A stretch of DNA of 64,000 nucleotides from Thermoplasmatota archaeon (GTDB lineage: Archaea; Thermoplasmatota; E2; JACPAO01; JAHFTW01). How positions within the stretch are numbered: the stretch's first letter is position 1; each line of letters opens with the position of its first letter. Of this stretch, positions 37,552 through 46,248 are shown piece by piece. The notes under the pieces were generated by a model that had not been told where the DNA came from, searched no databases, and was given only the letters and a program-made list of their open reading frames with translations. Location of the stretch: contig JBBSVQ010000001.1 in the NCBI GenBank assembly GCA_038046725.1, positions 187,780 to 251,779 on the forward strand, written 5' to 3'. Made by a program: the position numbers and the translations under genes.

Positions 37552-38808
37552 CTACGCCGGTTCGCGTTCGACTTCGTCGCGCAGGTCCAAGGCCTGCATA
37601 GCGCTGATCCCAAGGGCCATGGCGACCTCGGCGAGGTGGCGCTCCTCGCGACGCGTGAGTGTCCCATCTCGCATCGCCGCGCGCAAGGCCGCCTTGTAGC
37701 CTGCGACCGCCGAAGTCGATGCTGCGGTGTCCGGTCTCGACCGGTCGGAGGAGCGCTCGATGGCGCGTTGGATTGGGCTCGCTGCGAACACGAAGGTGCC
37801 GGCCAGGATGCCGCCCATGAGCAGGCCGTATTCGGCGCTGAAGAAGTTCTGGGCCACTTGGGCGACGATGAAAAGGACGGCCAAAGCCCCACCTGCAAGG
37901 ACTCCGCTGCGGACCGCGACCCGTGTCCATGGGACCTTGAGGAGGTCGTGCTTCACGATGGCGAAGGCGAGCAGAGTGGCGCTGATGGTACGCAGAATGC
38001 CAAAGGCACCGTAGTCCTCGCTGCCGTCGCCGACGAGGACGACGACGAGCGCCAAGGCGCCGGCGGCCAGCAAGGCGATGAACGCCGACCGGGCCAGACG
38101 GGGCTCGCGGCCCGCTGAAGGGACAACGAACGCGGCGGCACCAATGGCGGCAGACGAGGCGTGCACGAAGAGGCCGGCGTAGGCCAACCACGCCTCCCAA
38201 CGGTCGACCGCGAGCGGCGCCGACGCGTTGAAGACACAAAGGAAAATCGTGAAGAGGCCGAAGGCCAGCGTCAGGCCGACCATCGCCCGACGATCATGGC
38301 TGGCCGTGACTGGCTCCGCGTGGAAGCGGGCGACGCACGCTGCAAGCAGCACGATGAACGCACTGATGTTAGCCGAAAGGACTGACCCCACGACAACGGC
38401 ATCGATTCCAGTCCCGAAGATGGCGATGGCCGCCCGCTCCTCGAAAGCCCCCCAAAAGGCAACCATAACGCCCACCCAGGCAAGTGCCTGCACCACGGCC
38501 ATCGACGCGACGAAACGTCGCCAAGAGGGCGTCACGCCCTTGGTCAGATGGATGGCCAACGCCACGGCCAGCAAGAACACGGGGAGTGTGAGGGCCGCGA
38601 CGATCCAAGGCTCTGGCCCGGCCGTTGCCCTGTCGTAATCGAGAAGGTTCTCGGAGATTAAGGCAAGGCCCCACGACCCTGACAGGCCCCCGATCAGGCG
38701 GCCGCGCTGCGTGCCGCGCCCCCTGACGAGGATCACGGCGCCGAGGGCGAGGAACAGGAACGCGCCGCCTGCGTTGATGAGGGCGGACAGCGAAAGGTCG
38801 TACTGCAC
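37552..38808 (-). CDS. Multi-pass membrane protein with a short C-terminal TerB-like helical domain
   Basis: About 10 hydrophobic helices. C-terminus YKAALRAAMRDGTLTRREERHL...ALGIS. Confidence 0.7.
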   Translation of the reverse strand: MQYDLSLSALINAGGAFLFLALGAVILVRGRGTQRGRLIGGLSGSWGLALISENLLDYDRATAGPEPWIVAALTLPVFLLAVALAIHLTKGVTPSWRRFVASMAVVQALAWVGVMVAFWGAFEERAAIAIFGTGIDAVVVGSVLSANISAFIVLLAACVARFHAEPVTASHDRRAMVGLTLAFGLFTIFLCVFNASAPLAVDRWEAWLAYAGLFVHASSAAIGAAAFVVPSAGREPRLARSAFIALLAAGALALVVVLVGDGSEDYGAFGILRTISATLLAFAIVKHDLLKVPWTRVAVRSGVLAGGALAVLFIVAQVAQNFFSAEYGLLMGGILAGTFVFAASPIQRAIERSSDRSRPDTAASTSAVAGYKAALRAAMRDGTLTRREERHLAEVAMALGISAMQALDLRDEVEREPA

Positions 38809-38946
38809 TCAGTGCACTCTCCGCGTCGTCGCGACGTGACGACCGCGGTTGCGCTCGATGTGGTCCTTGGCCCACGCGCGCGTCTCGGCCCCTTCGTCGC
38901 CGTAGAGGGAATCGCTGACGCGCGACGCTGAGAGCTTGCCCTCCAC
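38809..38946 (-). CDS. Small antitoxin-like ORF or remnant, paralogue of 39859-40011
   Basis: Manual translation MEGKLSASRVSDSLYGDEGAETRAWAKDHIERNRGRHVATTRRVH*. Confidence 0.5.
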   Translation of the reverse strand: MEGKLSASRVSDSLYGDEGAETRAWAKDHIERNRGRHVATTRRVH

Positions 38947-38997
38947 GACGTCATCGAAACCCGAAGGAGGCCATGAGGCTTGCGCGGGTTGGCCAAC

Positions 38998-39032
38998 TGT
39001 TGTAGCCGTCCGCCACCAAACCCCGTAGAAGG
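38998..39032 (+). repeat. Dispersed repeat, copy E (left-type arm)
   Basis: TGTTGTAGCCGTCCGCCACCAAACCCCGTAGAAGG, about 29/35 identical to copy D. Confidence 0.8.
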
Positions 39033-39140
39033 TTGCATTCAGGTCTTGCGCCCAATCTCCTTGAGCTTCGTCTCGAACCCGGCGTAGAACCGCCGCGCCG
39101 GGTGGTCGGGATTCCGCAAGGCGGCCACCGTTGATAGCGA

Positions 39141-39189
39141 GCGTAACCCATTGGGTTAAGCATATAACGTGTAACGTGCATAGTTACGC
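39141..39189 (+). promoter_or_regulatory. AT-rich promoter/operator of the TA pair
   Basis: TAACCCA-T-TGGGTTA palindrome, TATAA box about 25 bp before the GTG at 39190, TAACGTG x2, and outer GCGTAAC/GTTACGC inverted repeat. Confidence 0.65.
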
Positions 39190-39516
39190 GTGGATGTGGA
39201 GCGCTTCCTGGTCCCAGTCGGCCAGGACCTCGTCATCCGCGTCGAGTTGCGCAAGAAGGCAGGCCGATTGGCAGGCTTCGTCTGTCAACTTGAGGCAGAC
39301 GATGGCGAGGACGTCGTTCCGGTCGTCCGGTACGACACCAGCCACGGCTACCTGCATGTGCACAAGTATTGGCTCTCCGAGGAACGGGAAGTGAAGGACA
39401 TGGAAGACCGCAACCATCCAGCCACCGACTACACGACCCAATTGGACGAAGCCCTCGACAATCTCGTCGAACACCACGTGGACTACGTCGCGCGCATGAA
39501 GCGCGCAGGAAAGTGA
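39190..39516 (+). CDS. DUF7718/TumE-like toxin candidate
   Basis: F.CQLE.......VVRYDTSHGYLHVH motif. Confidence 0.72.
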   Translation: MDVERFLVPVGQDLVIRVELRKKAGRLAGFVCQLEADDGEDVVPVVRYDTSHGYLHVHKYWLSEEREVKDMEDRNHPATDYTTQLDEALDNLVEHHVDYVARMKRAGK

Positions 39517-39521
39517 ACCCG

Positions 39522-39854
39522 ATGACCAAGACCGACATGCGCCGCGCCGCCGACTTCATCCGCAAGGTCGCCAAGGCCCCCGCGGGAGCCTACCCGGATT
39601 CCTTCATCGCTTTCGAGTGGGGGAGCCCGCTCCTCTTGCAGATCATGAGCGGCGAGAAGAGCCGCCTCATCGAGTACCTCAAGGAACACGGCCCCGTCGA
39701 AAGCGTCACGACGCTAAGCCAGGCCTTAGGCAGGTCCCGGGAAGCCGTGAGCCGCGACCTGCACGTCCTCGTCAAGACCGGAGTCATCCTTGCCGAGCAG
39801 CATGGAAAGACGAAGACGCTCTCGGCTAGCGAACGACCAATCCTAATTCGCTAG
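39522..39854 (+). CDS. HTH antitoxin-like protein (HVO_A0114/TumA-like)
   Basis: MS.EK.RLIEYL....VESVTTLSQALGRS..AVSRDL..L...GVI. Confidence 0.78.
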   Translation: MTKTDMRRAADFIRKVAKAPAGAYPDSFIAFEWGSPLLLQIMSGEKSRLIEYLKEHGPVESVTTLSQALGRSREAVSRDLHVLVKTGVILAEQHGKTKTLSASERPILIR

Positions 39855-39858
39855 TCAT

Positions 39859-40011
39859 TCACAGGCGCGCCATCAAGTCGAGCATGGCCTTGTTGCGCGC
39901 AATGTAGTCCTTCGCCCAGGCACGGATTTCGGCCGTCGCTTCCCCATACAGGGACTCGTCGCGCGGCTTGCGAGTCTTGCGCGGCTTGCGAGTCTTGCGC
40001 GGCTTGGGCAT
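39859..40011 (-). CDS. 50-aa basic/helical small protein with an internal 18-bp tandem repeat
   Basis: Manual translation MPKPRKTRKPRKTRKPRDESLYGEATAEIRAWAKDYIARNKAMLDLMARL*. GCGCGGCTTGCGAGTCTT occurs about 2.5 times at 39961-40006. Confidence 0.65.
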   Translation of the reverse strand: MPKPRKTRKPRKTRKPRDESLYGEATAEIRAWAKDYIARNKAMLDLMARL

Positions 40012-40059
40012 GCGTCTACGAGGCCGCCCATTCGCATGAGACTTGCGCGGCTACGAGCG

Positions 40060-40303
40060 TATTGTAGGAATCCGCTATCGGACCTCGCAGAAGGTCGCGT
40101 TAAAGCCTCCAACAGGAGAGAATTCGAGCCCGACTTATCGCGACTAACGCACCTTGTAGTAGGTCCAGGCGCGGATGCTGGCAATTCGCCTACAAATCTC
40201 CCCCAATCCTCTCACAGTTGGGGTAGAATTGTGGGCGAACGGTGGGCCATTTTGGGGGCAATCGCTACCGAACATCTTGCCACCTATAGGCCTCATGCCG
40301 TAC
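40060..40303 (+). repeat. Dispersed repeat, diverged copies F (left arm 40060-40094) and C (right arm, about 40185-40303)
   Basis: TATTGTAGGAATCCGCTATCGGACCTCGCAGAAGG, then GCCTACAA...TTGGGGGCAA(40252)-N23-TATAGGCCTCATGCCGTAC with the same spacing as copies A and B. Confidence 0.75.
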
Positions 40304-40356
40304 CAGTTCTTGCGGCATTCCAGATTCCAAGAAGGTCTTGTCCAGGCGAGCCGCCG

Positions 40357-42759
40357 TCACGGCGCCGCGGTTGGCGGAGGCGCCCCGGTGGGGGCGTCCA
40401 CCGTGGCCTTGGTCCACGTCACTGAGAAGGTCGTCCCTTTTCCGGGGCCTGGGCTGGTGGCGGACATCTGCCCGCCGTGCTGTTCCACGATGCCTTTGCT
40501 GATGTACATGCCCAAACCAGTGCCTTTGGCGACATTGGGGATGGCCTCATGCAATCGGACGAAGGGCTCAAACAGGTGTGCGAGTTGTTCGGCGGTCATC
40601 CCGAGCCCGGGGTCCTTGAAGGAAAGGATGACGCCGGATTCCAGGTTCTTGGCCGTCACCTCGATCACGCCTCCGTTCGGGGAATACTTGACTGCGTTGC
40701 TGGCCAGGTTCATGACGACCTGCATGACTTTGGCGGGGTCGCCGTCGATGGTGATGTCGGCATGGATGTCAAGCTGGAACGTGAGGCCGTTCTTCTCGGC
40801 GGCCTCACGGAACGAGTCCGCCGCTTCCTGGATCAAGGGGGCCAGCACGACGGCCTGCCGACGGAGTTTGAGGCGCCCGGCCTGCAAGCGGGCCGCGTCA
40901 AGCATGTCATCGATGAGGAGTTGGAACCGGCCGATGTTGCGTTCCATGAGTCCAATGCTGTCCAGTTGCTTGGGGGTCAGGTCCTTGCCAAGCTTGAGTG
41001 TGCCCAACTGGAGCTTGAGCGGCGTGAGCGGGGTCTTGAGGTCGTGGGCGGCGGTGTTGAGGAACTCGGCGCGGAGCTTGCTCAGTGCAGCCAACTGCTG
41101 GACTTGCGCTTCCTGTTCATGCAACGCGGCCTCAGCCAATTGTGCCTTGTGCGCGGCCGTGACGTCGACTACGATGCCATGCACGCGCACAACCCGGCCA
41201 TCCTTGGCTTCGGGTTTGCCGATGACTCGCTCCCGCAGTGCGTTGCCCGCATCGGACCTTGCATCCACCTCGAAATCATACTCCAAGCCGCGTTGGACAG
41301 CCTGCTCCACGGCGCTTGCGATGCGCTGCCGGTCAGGCACCGAGTAAAACCGCAGGGCCCCGTCCAGTCCCTGGGGTTCGAAGCCCCGCGGAACGCCGTG
41401 AAGATCACAGAGGGAATCGCTCCAACGAATCTTCCCCGTCTCCAAATCGAAGTCCCAGGACCCCATGCCGGCCACGATCTCCGCCTCGGCCAGCATGCGT
41501 TCGCTCTTGCGCAGTCCAGAAACCAGGCGCTCTTCTCGCTCCTCGGCCACCCTGTTCCTCACAACGCCAAACAAGTGGAAGCCGTCCGCGGACTCCGTCA
41601 ATTGGGCACGTAGACCAACGGGGATTTTGCTGCCGTCACGACGGAGCCATTCTGTCCGGAACTCGCTGAAATCGCCGCCCTTGACTTGCGCGATGAATCG
41701 ATTTCGCTCCTCCGGCGCCGCGTAGAAGGCGGAGGCCATGGGGCGCTCCATCTTCAGTTGCTCAAGTGAGTCATAACCAAGCATGGCGACGCCCGCCGGG
41801 TTCAGGTAGATCACGTCACCGCCAATCCTCGCGTCCAGAACCCCATCTGGTACACGCTCCACGATTCCCTTGAAGTCTCTCGCTGACTGATGCTCATGGG
41901 ACTGAGCTTCGGCGGTCCGCTTGTCCGCGGCCTCCAGGCGGTGCAAGCCGAACACAAGGACCCCGAGCAGCGTCAGATTGCCAACCGAGATCGCCAGCGG
42001 TGCAGCCGACAAGCCAAGGTCATAGTTGGCAAGGCCGCCGGCCAGGCGAGAAACCAGCGACAGCAGGAACGGCAAGGCCAGGGCCGCGGCCACGACGAAG
42101 AACGCCGGGCGACCTCGCTGATGGGCCTGCACGAAGAGCCGCGCCAAACCGCGGCCATCCATGGTCAAGATAGCCCCGGCCAGGAAGAGCAAACCCAACG
42201 CGGCTGGCGCAGCCATCGAGGACAGGTCCTCCAAGCCGTAGATTTCCGGGCCGAACGCGTAGCCGACCGCGGCGACATAGCTCACCACGCCAGCAGCCAC
42301 CGCCAACCCGTCCCTGATTCGCACAACCCCCCGGGAGCCAGCCCAAATGGCCGTGCCAACGAAGGTGAACGACAGCGCGGCCAACAGCGCCATGCGCCCA
42401 GGAAACGACGTCAAGGTCCCCGTATCATCACGTGCCAGCGCCTGATCGATGCCCAAATCGGTGCCGGTGAGGTACTCGCCCAAAGTCACCAAGCCGATCA
42501 GCAAGACCAGGGGGGCCAGCAGTCGGCCCAGGGCTTGGATGCCTCGCGACGACGAAGAAACCCCAAGAACGGCAACACCAGCCAACCCCAAGGCCAGCGC
42601 AGCGTTCGCCTTCATCGGAACGAAGTCCGTGAACAGCCCCATCAGAGGACGGAGGCCGAGAAGCCATCCCCCAAGGCAGGCAAAGCCAATCGCGGATGCA
42701 GTGAACGCCAGGACCCTACTGGCGTGGAGCATCCCTCGCGACGAGCCCGGGTCCGACAC
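40357..42759 (-). CDS. Membrane-bound PAS-domain sensor histidine kinase
   Basis: About 7 TM helices, two PAS domains, AAHDLKTPL H-box, NLASNAVKYS, D.GLG, GTGLG. Confidence 0.92.
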   Translation of the reverse strand: MSDPGSSRGMLHASRVLAFTASAIGFACLGGWLLGLRPLMGLFTDFVPMKANAALALGLAGVAVLGVSSSSRGIQALGRLLAPLVLLIGLVTLGEYLTGTDLGIDQALARDDTGTLTSFPGRMALLAALSFTFVGTAIWAGSRGVVRIRDGLAVAAGVVSYVAAVGYAFGPEIYGLEDLSSMAAPAALGLLFLAGAILTMDGRGLARLFVQAHQRGRPAFFVVAAALALPFLLSLVSRLAGGLANYDLGLSAAPLAISVGNLTLLGVLVFGLHRLEAADKRTAEAQSHEHQSARDFKGIVERVPDGVLDARIGGDVIYLNPAGVAMLGYDSLEQLKMERPMASAFYAAPEERNRFIAQVKGGDFSEFRTEWLRRDGSKIPVGLRAQLTESADGFHLFGVVRNRVAEEREERLVSGLRKSERMLAEAEIVAGMGSWDFDLETGKIRWSDSLCDLHGVPRGFEPQGLDGALRFYSVPDRQRIASAVEQAVQRGLEYDFEVDARSDAGNALRERVIGKPEAKDGRVVRVHGIVVDVTAAHKAQLAEAALHEQEAQVQQLAALSKLRAEFLNTAAHDLKTPLTPLKLQLGTLKLGKDLTPKQLDSIGLMERNIGRFQLLIDDMLDAARLQAGRLKLRRQAVVLAPLIQEAADSFREAAEKNGLTFQLDIHADITIDGDPAKVMQVVMNLASNAVKYSPNGGVIEVTAKNLESGVILSFKDPGLGMTAEQLAHLFEPFVRLHEAIPNVAKGTGLGMYISKGIVEQHGGQMSATSPGPGKGTTFSVTWTKATVDAPTGAPPPTAAP

Positions 42760-43019
42760 ATCATCCGATGACCCTCGTGCCTATTAGGCCCTCACGAACA
42801 CCACGAAACAGGACGGTGACAGCCTAATGCGAAGGCGCAGAGCAGAAGGGCGTGGACCTTGCTGCTTTTGCCGGGGGCTCACGCGCGACCCGCAGGGCCG
42901 TGCATTTCTGAATGGGACCTCTAGGAAGGTGTGATTTGTCATTGCGGGAATCGAGCTTGCGGGAATAGGTAGGGAGGTGGACTCCGAAATTGGGCCCGGG
43001 GCGCTCCTAGGCGGCTGCC

Positions 43020-43151
43020 TCAACGGTTTTCGGGCCCTTGGACGGCTGTGGCTGCGAATGCGTAGAGCTGGGCAGCGTTGTGCACCTTGCCGTGCCCACT
43101 GGCGCTGTGGGTCCAGGCCTCGGCGATGATCCATCGTTGGCACAGGTCCAT
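43020..43151 (-). CDS. 43-aa hypothetical small protein
   Basis: Manual translation MDLCQRWIIAEAWTHSASGHGKVHNAAQLYAFAATAVQGPENR*, with GC3-rich codons. Confidence 0.35.
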   Translation of the reverse strand: MDLCQRWIIAEAWTHSASGHGKVHNAAQLYAFAATAVQGPENR

Positions 43152-43213
43152 GCTGTCGGAATCCAAACGGTAACCAAATGAGAATCACCCCGAGCGGGGT
43201 GAAACCAGACCGA

Positions 43214-44230
43214 GGGATTGCACTGAAAATCGGAAGCCATATGTGTTTGAGCGGATTGGCGAATTCGGGGCTGCACGTTGGGCATCAATTGGCACGATTA
43301 CCACAAAAAACGGAAGCAGGAATTCCAGGTCCTTCTTGACGCGATGGACAAGGTCGCCAACTCTGTTGGGCCGCCGAAAGCAGAGCCGAAACCGGCGGGT
43401 TCTCGGGGGAAGGGGCGTCCGCCGTACAGTCCAACTTCAATGTTGAAGGTCAATTTGCTGCGGATCTATCTGAAGTTGAGCTACCGAGACATGGAAGCAC
43501 TCTTGGCCGCCGATGCCGGAATGCGCGACCGCCTCGGACTTGCCAAAACGCCGGGCCAGGACACGATTCACCGCCACGCCGAAACCCTGACGGAAGCCTA
43601 CCTCGTCAAAATCAATCGTGCTCTGTCGGAGCGCCTAAAAAAAACGAGTTTGACGTCTGCGTCGACGCCACCGGTCTTACGATCAACTGGCACGAGGCAC
43701 GTTGGAGCCTTACCCAACCCCAACAGCGGCAAGGCCGCAACTGGCTCAAACTCAACGCGTTAATCGAGGCTGAATCCAAGACGGTTCTCTCCTGGAAATT
43801 CTCCGGGCCGCACGAGCACGACACGAAATTCCTGCCCGGACTCGTTGCGGCCGTCGGTGCACCGATTCGCGAACTCTACGCCGACGCGGGCTATCTCAGC
43901 CAACGCAACTGCATTGCTGCCAGACAAGCCGGTGCCACACCCTTCATTCGGCCCAAGAAAAACACGCGGCAAGCGCCCCCAAAACCCACTGGCCATGACG
44001 TTCGTACCGCATTCCACCAAATGGTCGGCTCCGAGCAAACGGACCGCACCGCCTGGTACACTCGTTACGGCCGTCGCAATAGGATTGAGTCAACGTTTGG
44101 CGCCATCAAACGCCGCTTCGGCGGACGACTCCGCGCCGTCAACCAGGCTATGCGAATCGTCGAAGCCACCCTGAAAATCCTGGTATGGAACCTAACCAGG
44201 ATCAGGTATGGTGAATTTTAGTGCAATCAC
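43214..44230 (+). mobile_element. IS5-family insertion sequence (1017 bp) with terminal inverted repeats and a 9-bp target duplication
   Basis: Left end GGGATTGCACTGAAAAT and right end (reverse complement) GTGATTGCACTAAAATT. CCAGACCGA is duplicated at 43205-43213 and 44231-44239. Confidence 0.92.
43278..44221 (+). CDS. DDE transposase split by a -1 frameshift at an A8 run (43637-43644)
   Basis: OrfA has GRPPY and LSYRDME. The -1 frame continues NEFDVCVDATG...YADAGY...RNRIESTF, and its stop lies inside the right IR. Confidence 0.88.
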
Positions 44231-44460
44231 CCAGACCGACCGGGAGCATTTCACTGGGGCATTTGGACTTTATAAGGTGGTTTCGGAATGGAGTCGGACC
44301 TGATAAGAAGGGGATTCTCGTAGTGTGAACTACATGCAAACGACCGTCAAGGTTCAGCGCCGCGATCCCGCGGTGTCCGTGTACCGGGCCAAATTCCGAG
44401 AGGACGTACGCAACCTGCAACGCGTCCGCGAGTGGCTCCTTCGACGAAAGAGTAAGGCCG

Positions 44461-46248
44461 CTAAGAAGGACTAGGTTCCCCGGCTAGCAGCATGAAGTAA
44501 AGCATTGCCAGCGCCGCTACGGGCCAGGCGAATCTGAATGCCGTGATGGCCTTGGCGGCGCCTTGCAGCGATGAAAGGGATTGCGTCAACAATACGCCAG
44601 CGAAGGCTAGGAATCCAGCAATCAGAACTTGGTTGGAGTGTAACCGATCGACCGCACCTTGCCAGTCCGCGACGCTTAGCGTCCAGGCGGTGGCGGCTCC
44701 GATATAGAGTAGCCATGTCGGGTAAACTGAGGACGATATCGGAAGTCTAGTCCGAATGCGGATCCAAAATTTGCTGGTCATCGCGAGCGCTCTTTGCAGC
44801 GGGAACAAGTGCCACTTAGATCCAGCAACAAAGCCAAACATCCCACCTGCTGCGCGATTCCATCGTTCTCCAAAACCGCCGAGTTCCTTGAAGGAGAGTT
44901 TCATCCAGTCTTCGATTACGCGCTCCGGAAAAACGACCTCGAGGTGTTCGGCGTCGCGACGAATCAAGCTCTGGCCATCTGGCTTTTCCAGAATGACCGG
45001 GTCGAAACTTGGCATGCGAAGCTTAGGCCAGGCGCCAACTAGGTTGGGAAGCAGGGCGCGATCAAACCGCCAACCTTCATCGTGTGGTGTTCGTTTTGAA
45101 ATCGGTCGGGCAACACGATAGAGTCGAGGCCATCGTGGTTCTTCCATAATGAATCCGTGTGGCGCAGTGAAGCGGGCGTGATAGGTGCGCGCAGCAGCTG
45201 GTCGGTCCACCACGATGGTCTTTGGAAAAGTCATCGCTAGGAAGGCCCACCAAAATAGCGATATCAACAACCATACCGCCAACGCGAGCAGGTACGTCGT
45301 CCGATACACGAACCATCCTGCCCAGAATAGGAAGTTCAGAAGAGTGTTCAGCACGACTTGCGCTGCGGTTTTCATCCGCCCATTTGCGGCTGCAGCCTGG
45401 CGATTCTGGCCTGCCTCGGCGTTAGGAGTCCAACCGTCAAACCACGGCCTTGGGGTGGGGGTGGGAATATCCTCGGGCCATCGTGTGGTTTGCACATCGC
45501 TCGAGAAATGGTCTACGATGAAACGCGGATGTCTTACCTCCGCCCTGTCGCCCGTTCGGTATGGGCCGGCACTTACGGATGGACTAAATGAGGGTGTTAT
45601 CGCTTGCTGCGGCGGGAGGACTACGAGCAAAGGAGGTAGTCCCAAGCAGGCGTCTGTGATGAGCTGTTGAATGTTGTCCAAGTCATCGGCGAGCATCCCG
45701 GCGGTGTCATTTTCCTCTTCGACATTGTTCACCAGCAAGGTGGCCTGAAGGTCTTCCACGCCGGCCAGGCAGGTTAGTTGCAAATCTGGATGCGCCGAGC
45801 ATCCGTTCGTGTCGATTTCGTCGAAGACCTGGCGCACCAGGCTGGTCACATGGCGAATGTCATCCCCCAAATCAGGAAGAATTTGCTCGATTTGTTGCGC
45901 GACCAACCCGAATGCACGCGGAATTGCATCGAAAGCAAGCTCGGAAGTGAGCACGACCAGGGAGTCGCCGTTGGCGGCGATTACGCGCTTGCGGAACCGG
46001 AAAACTTCGAGACTTGGAGAATGAAGACGAACGACAAAAAGGAGCCTTGGCCCTTCATTGCGAATCAGGTACCTTGTCTTGATGTCCTTGGAACCGCGCC
46101 GGGCTAATCTTTGGGTCAAGAACGGTCGTTCCACTTCGATTTCTGCCACCACGCGGTCATATGCAGAGTATAGCAGGGCGTCTGCCGCCCAATCCACAAG
46201 ATCCTCGTCGGATGGCATCGAAGTCAAACCGGGCGTATTGTACGCCAA
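44461..46248 (-). CDS. Hypothetical 595-aa protein with central and C-terminal transmembrane segments
   Basis: Long ORF in lower-GC DNA that overlaps the upstream gene. No family recognised. Confidence 0.6.
   Translation of the reverse strand: MAYNTPGLTSMPSDEDLVDWAADALLYSAYDRVVAEIEVERPFLTQRLARRGSKDIKTRYLIRNEGPRLLFVVRLHSPSLEVFRFRKRVIAANGDSLVVLTSELAFDAIPRAFGLVAQQIEQILPDLGDDIRHVTSLVRQVFDEIDTNGCSAHPDLQLTCLAGVEDLQATLLVNNVEEENDTAGMLADDLDNIQQLITDACLGLPPLLVVLPPQQAITPSFSPSVSAGPYRTGDRAEVRHPRFIVDHFSSDVQTTRWPEDIPTPTPRPWFDGWTPNAEAGQNRQAAAANGRMKTAAQVVLNTLLNFLFWAGWFVYRTTYLLALAVWLLISLFWWAFLAMTFPKTIVVDRPAAARTYHARFTAPHGFIMEEPRWPRLYRVARPISKRTPHDEGWRFDRALLPNLVGAWPKLRMPSFDPVILEKPDGQSLIRRDAEHLEVVFPERVIEDWMKLSFKELGGFGERWNRAAGGMFGFVAGSKWHLFPLQRALAMTSKFWIRIRTRLPISSSVYPTWLLYIGAATAWTLSVADWQGAVDRLHSNQVLIAGFLAFAGVLLTQSLSSLQGAAKAITAFRFAWPVAALAMLYFMLLAGEPSPS

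Noticed and set aside
39961..40006. 18-bp tandem repeat as an iteron or regulatory array
   Set aside because: It is in frame within the 50-aa ORF and encodes KPRKTR repeats.
23637..40303. CRISPR array interpretation of the GGCTACAAC repeats
   Set aside because: The copies are kilobases apart and diverged, with no regular 30-40 nt spacers and no cas genes.
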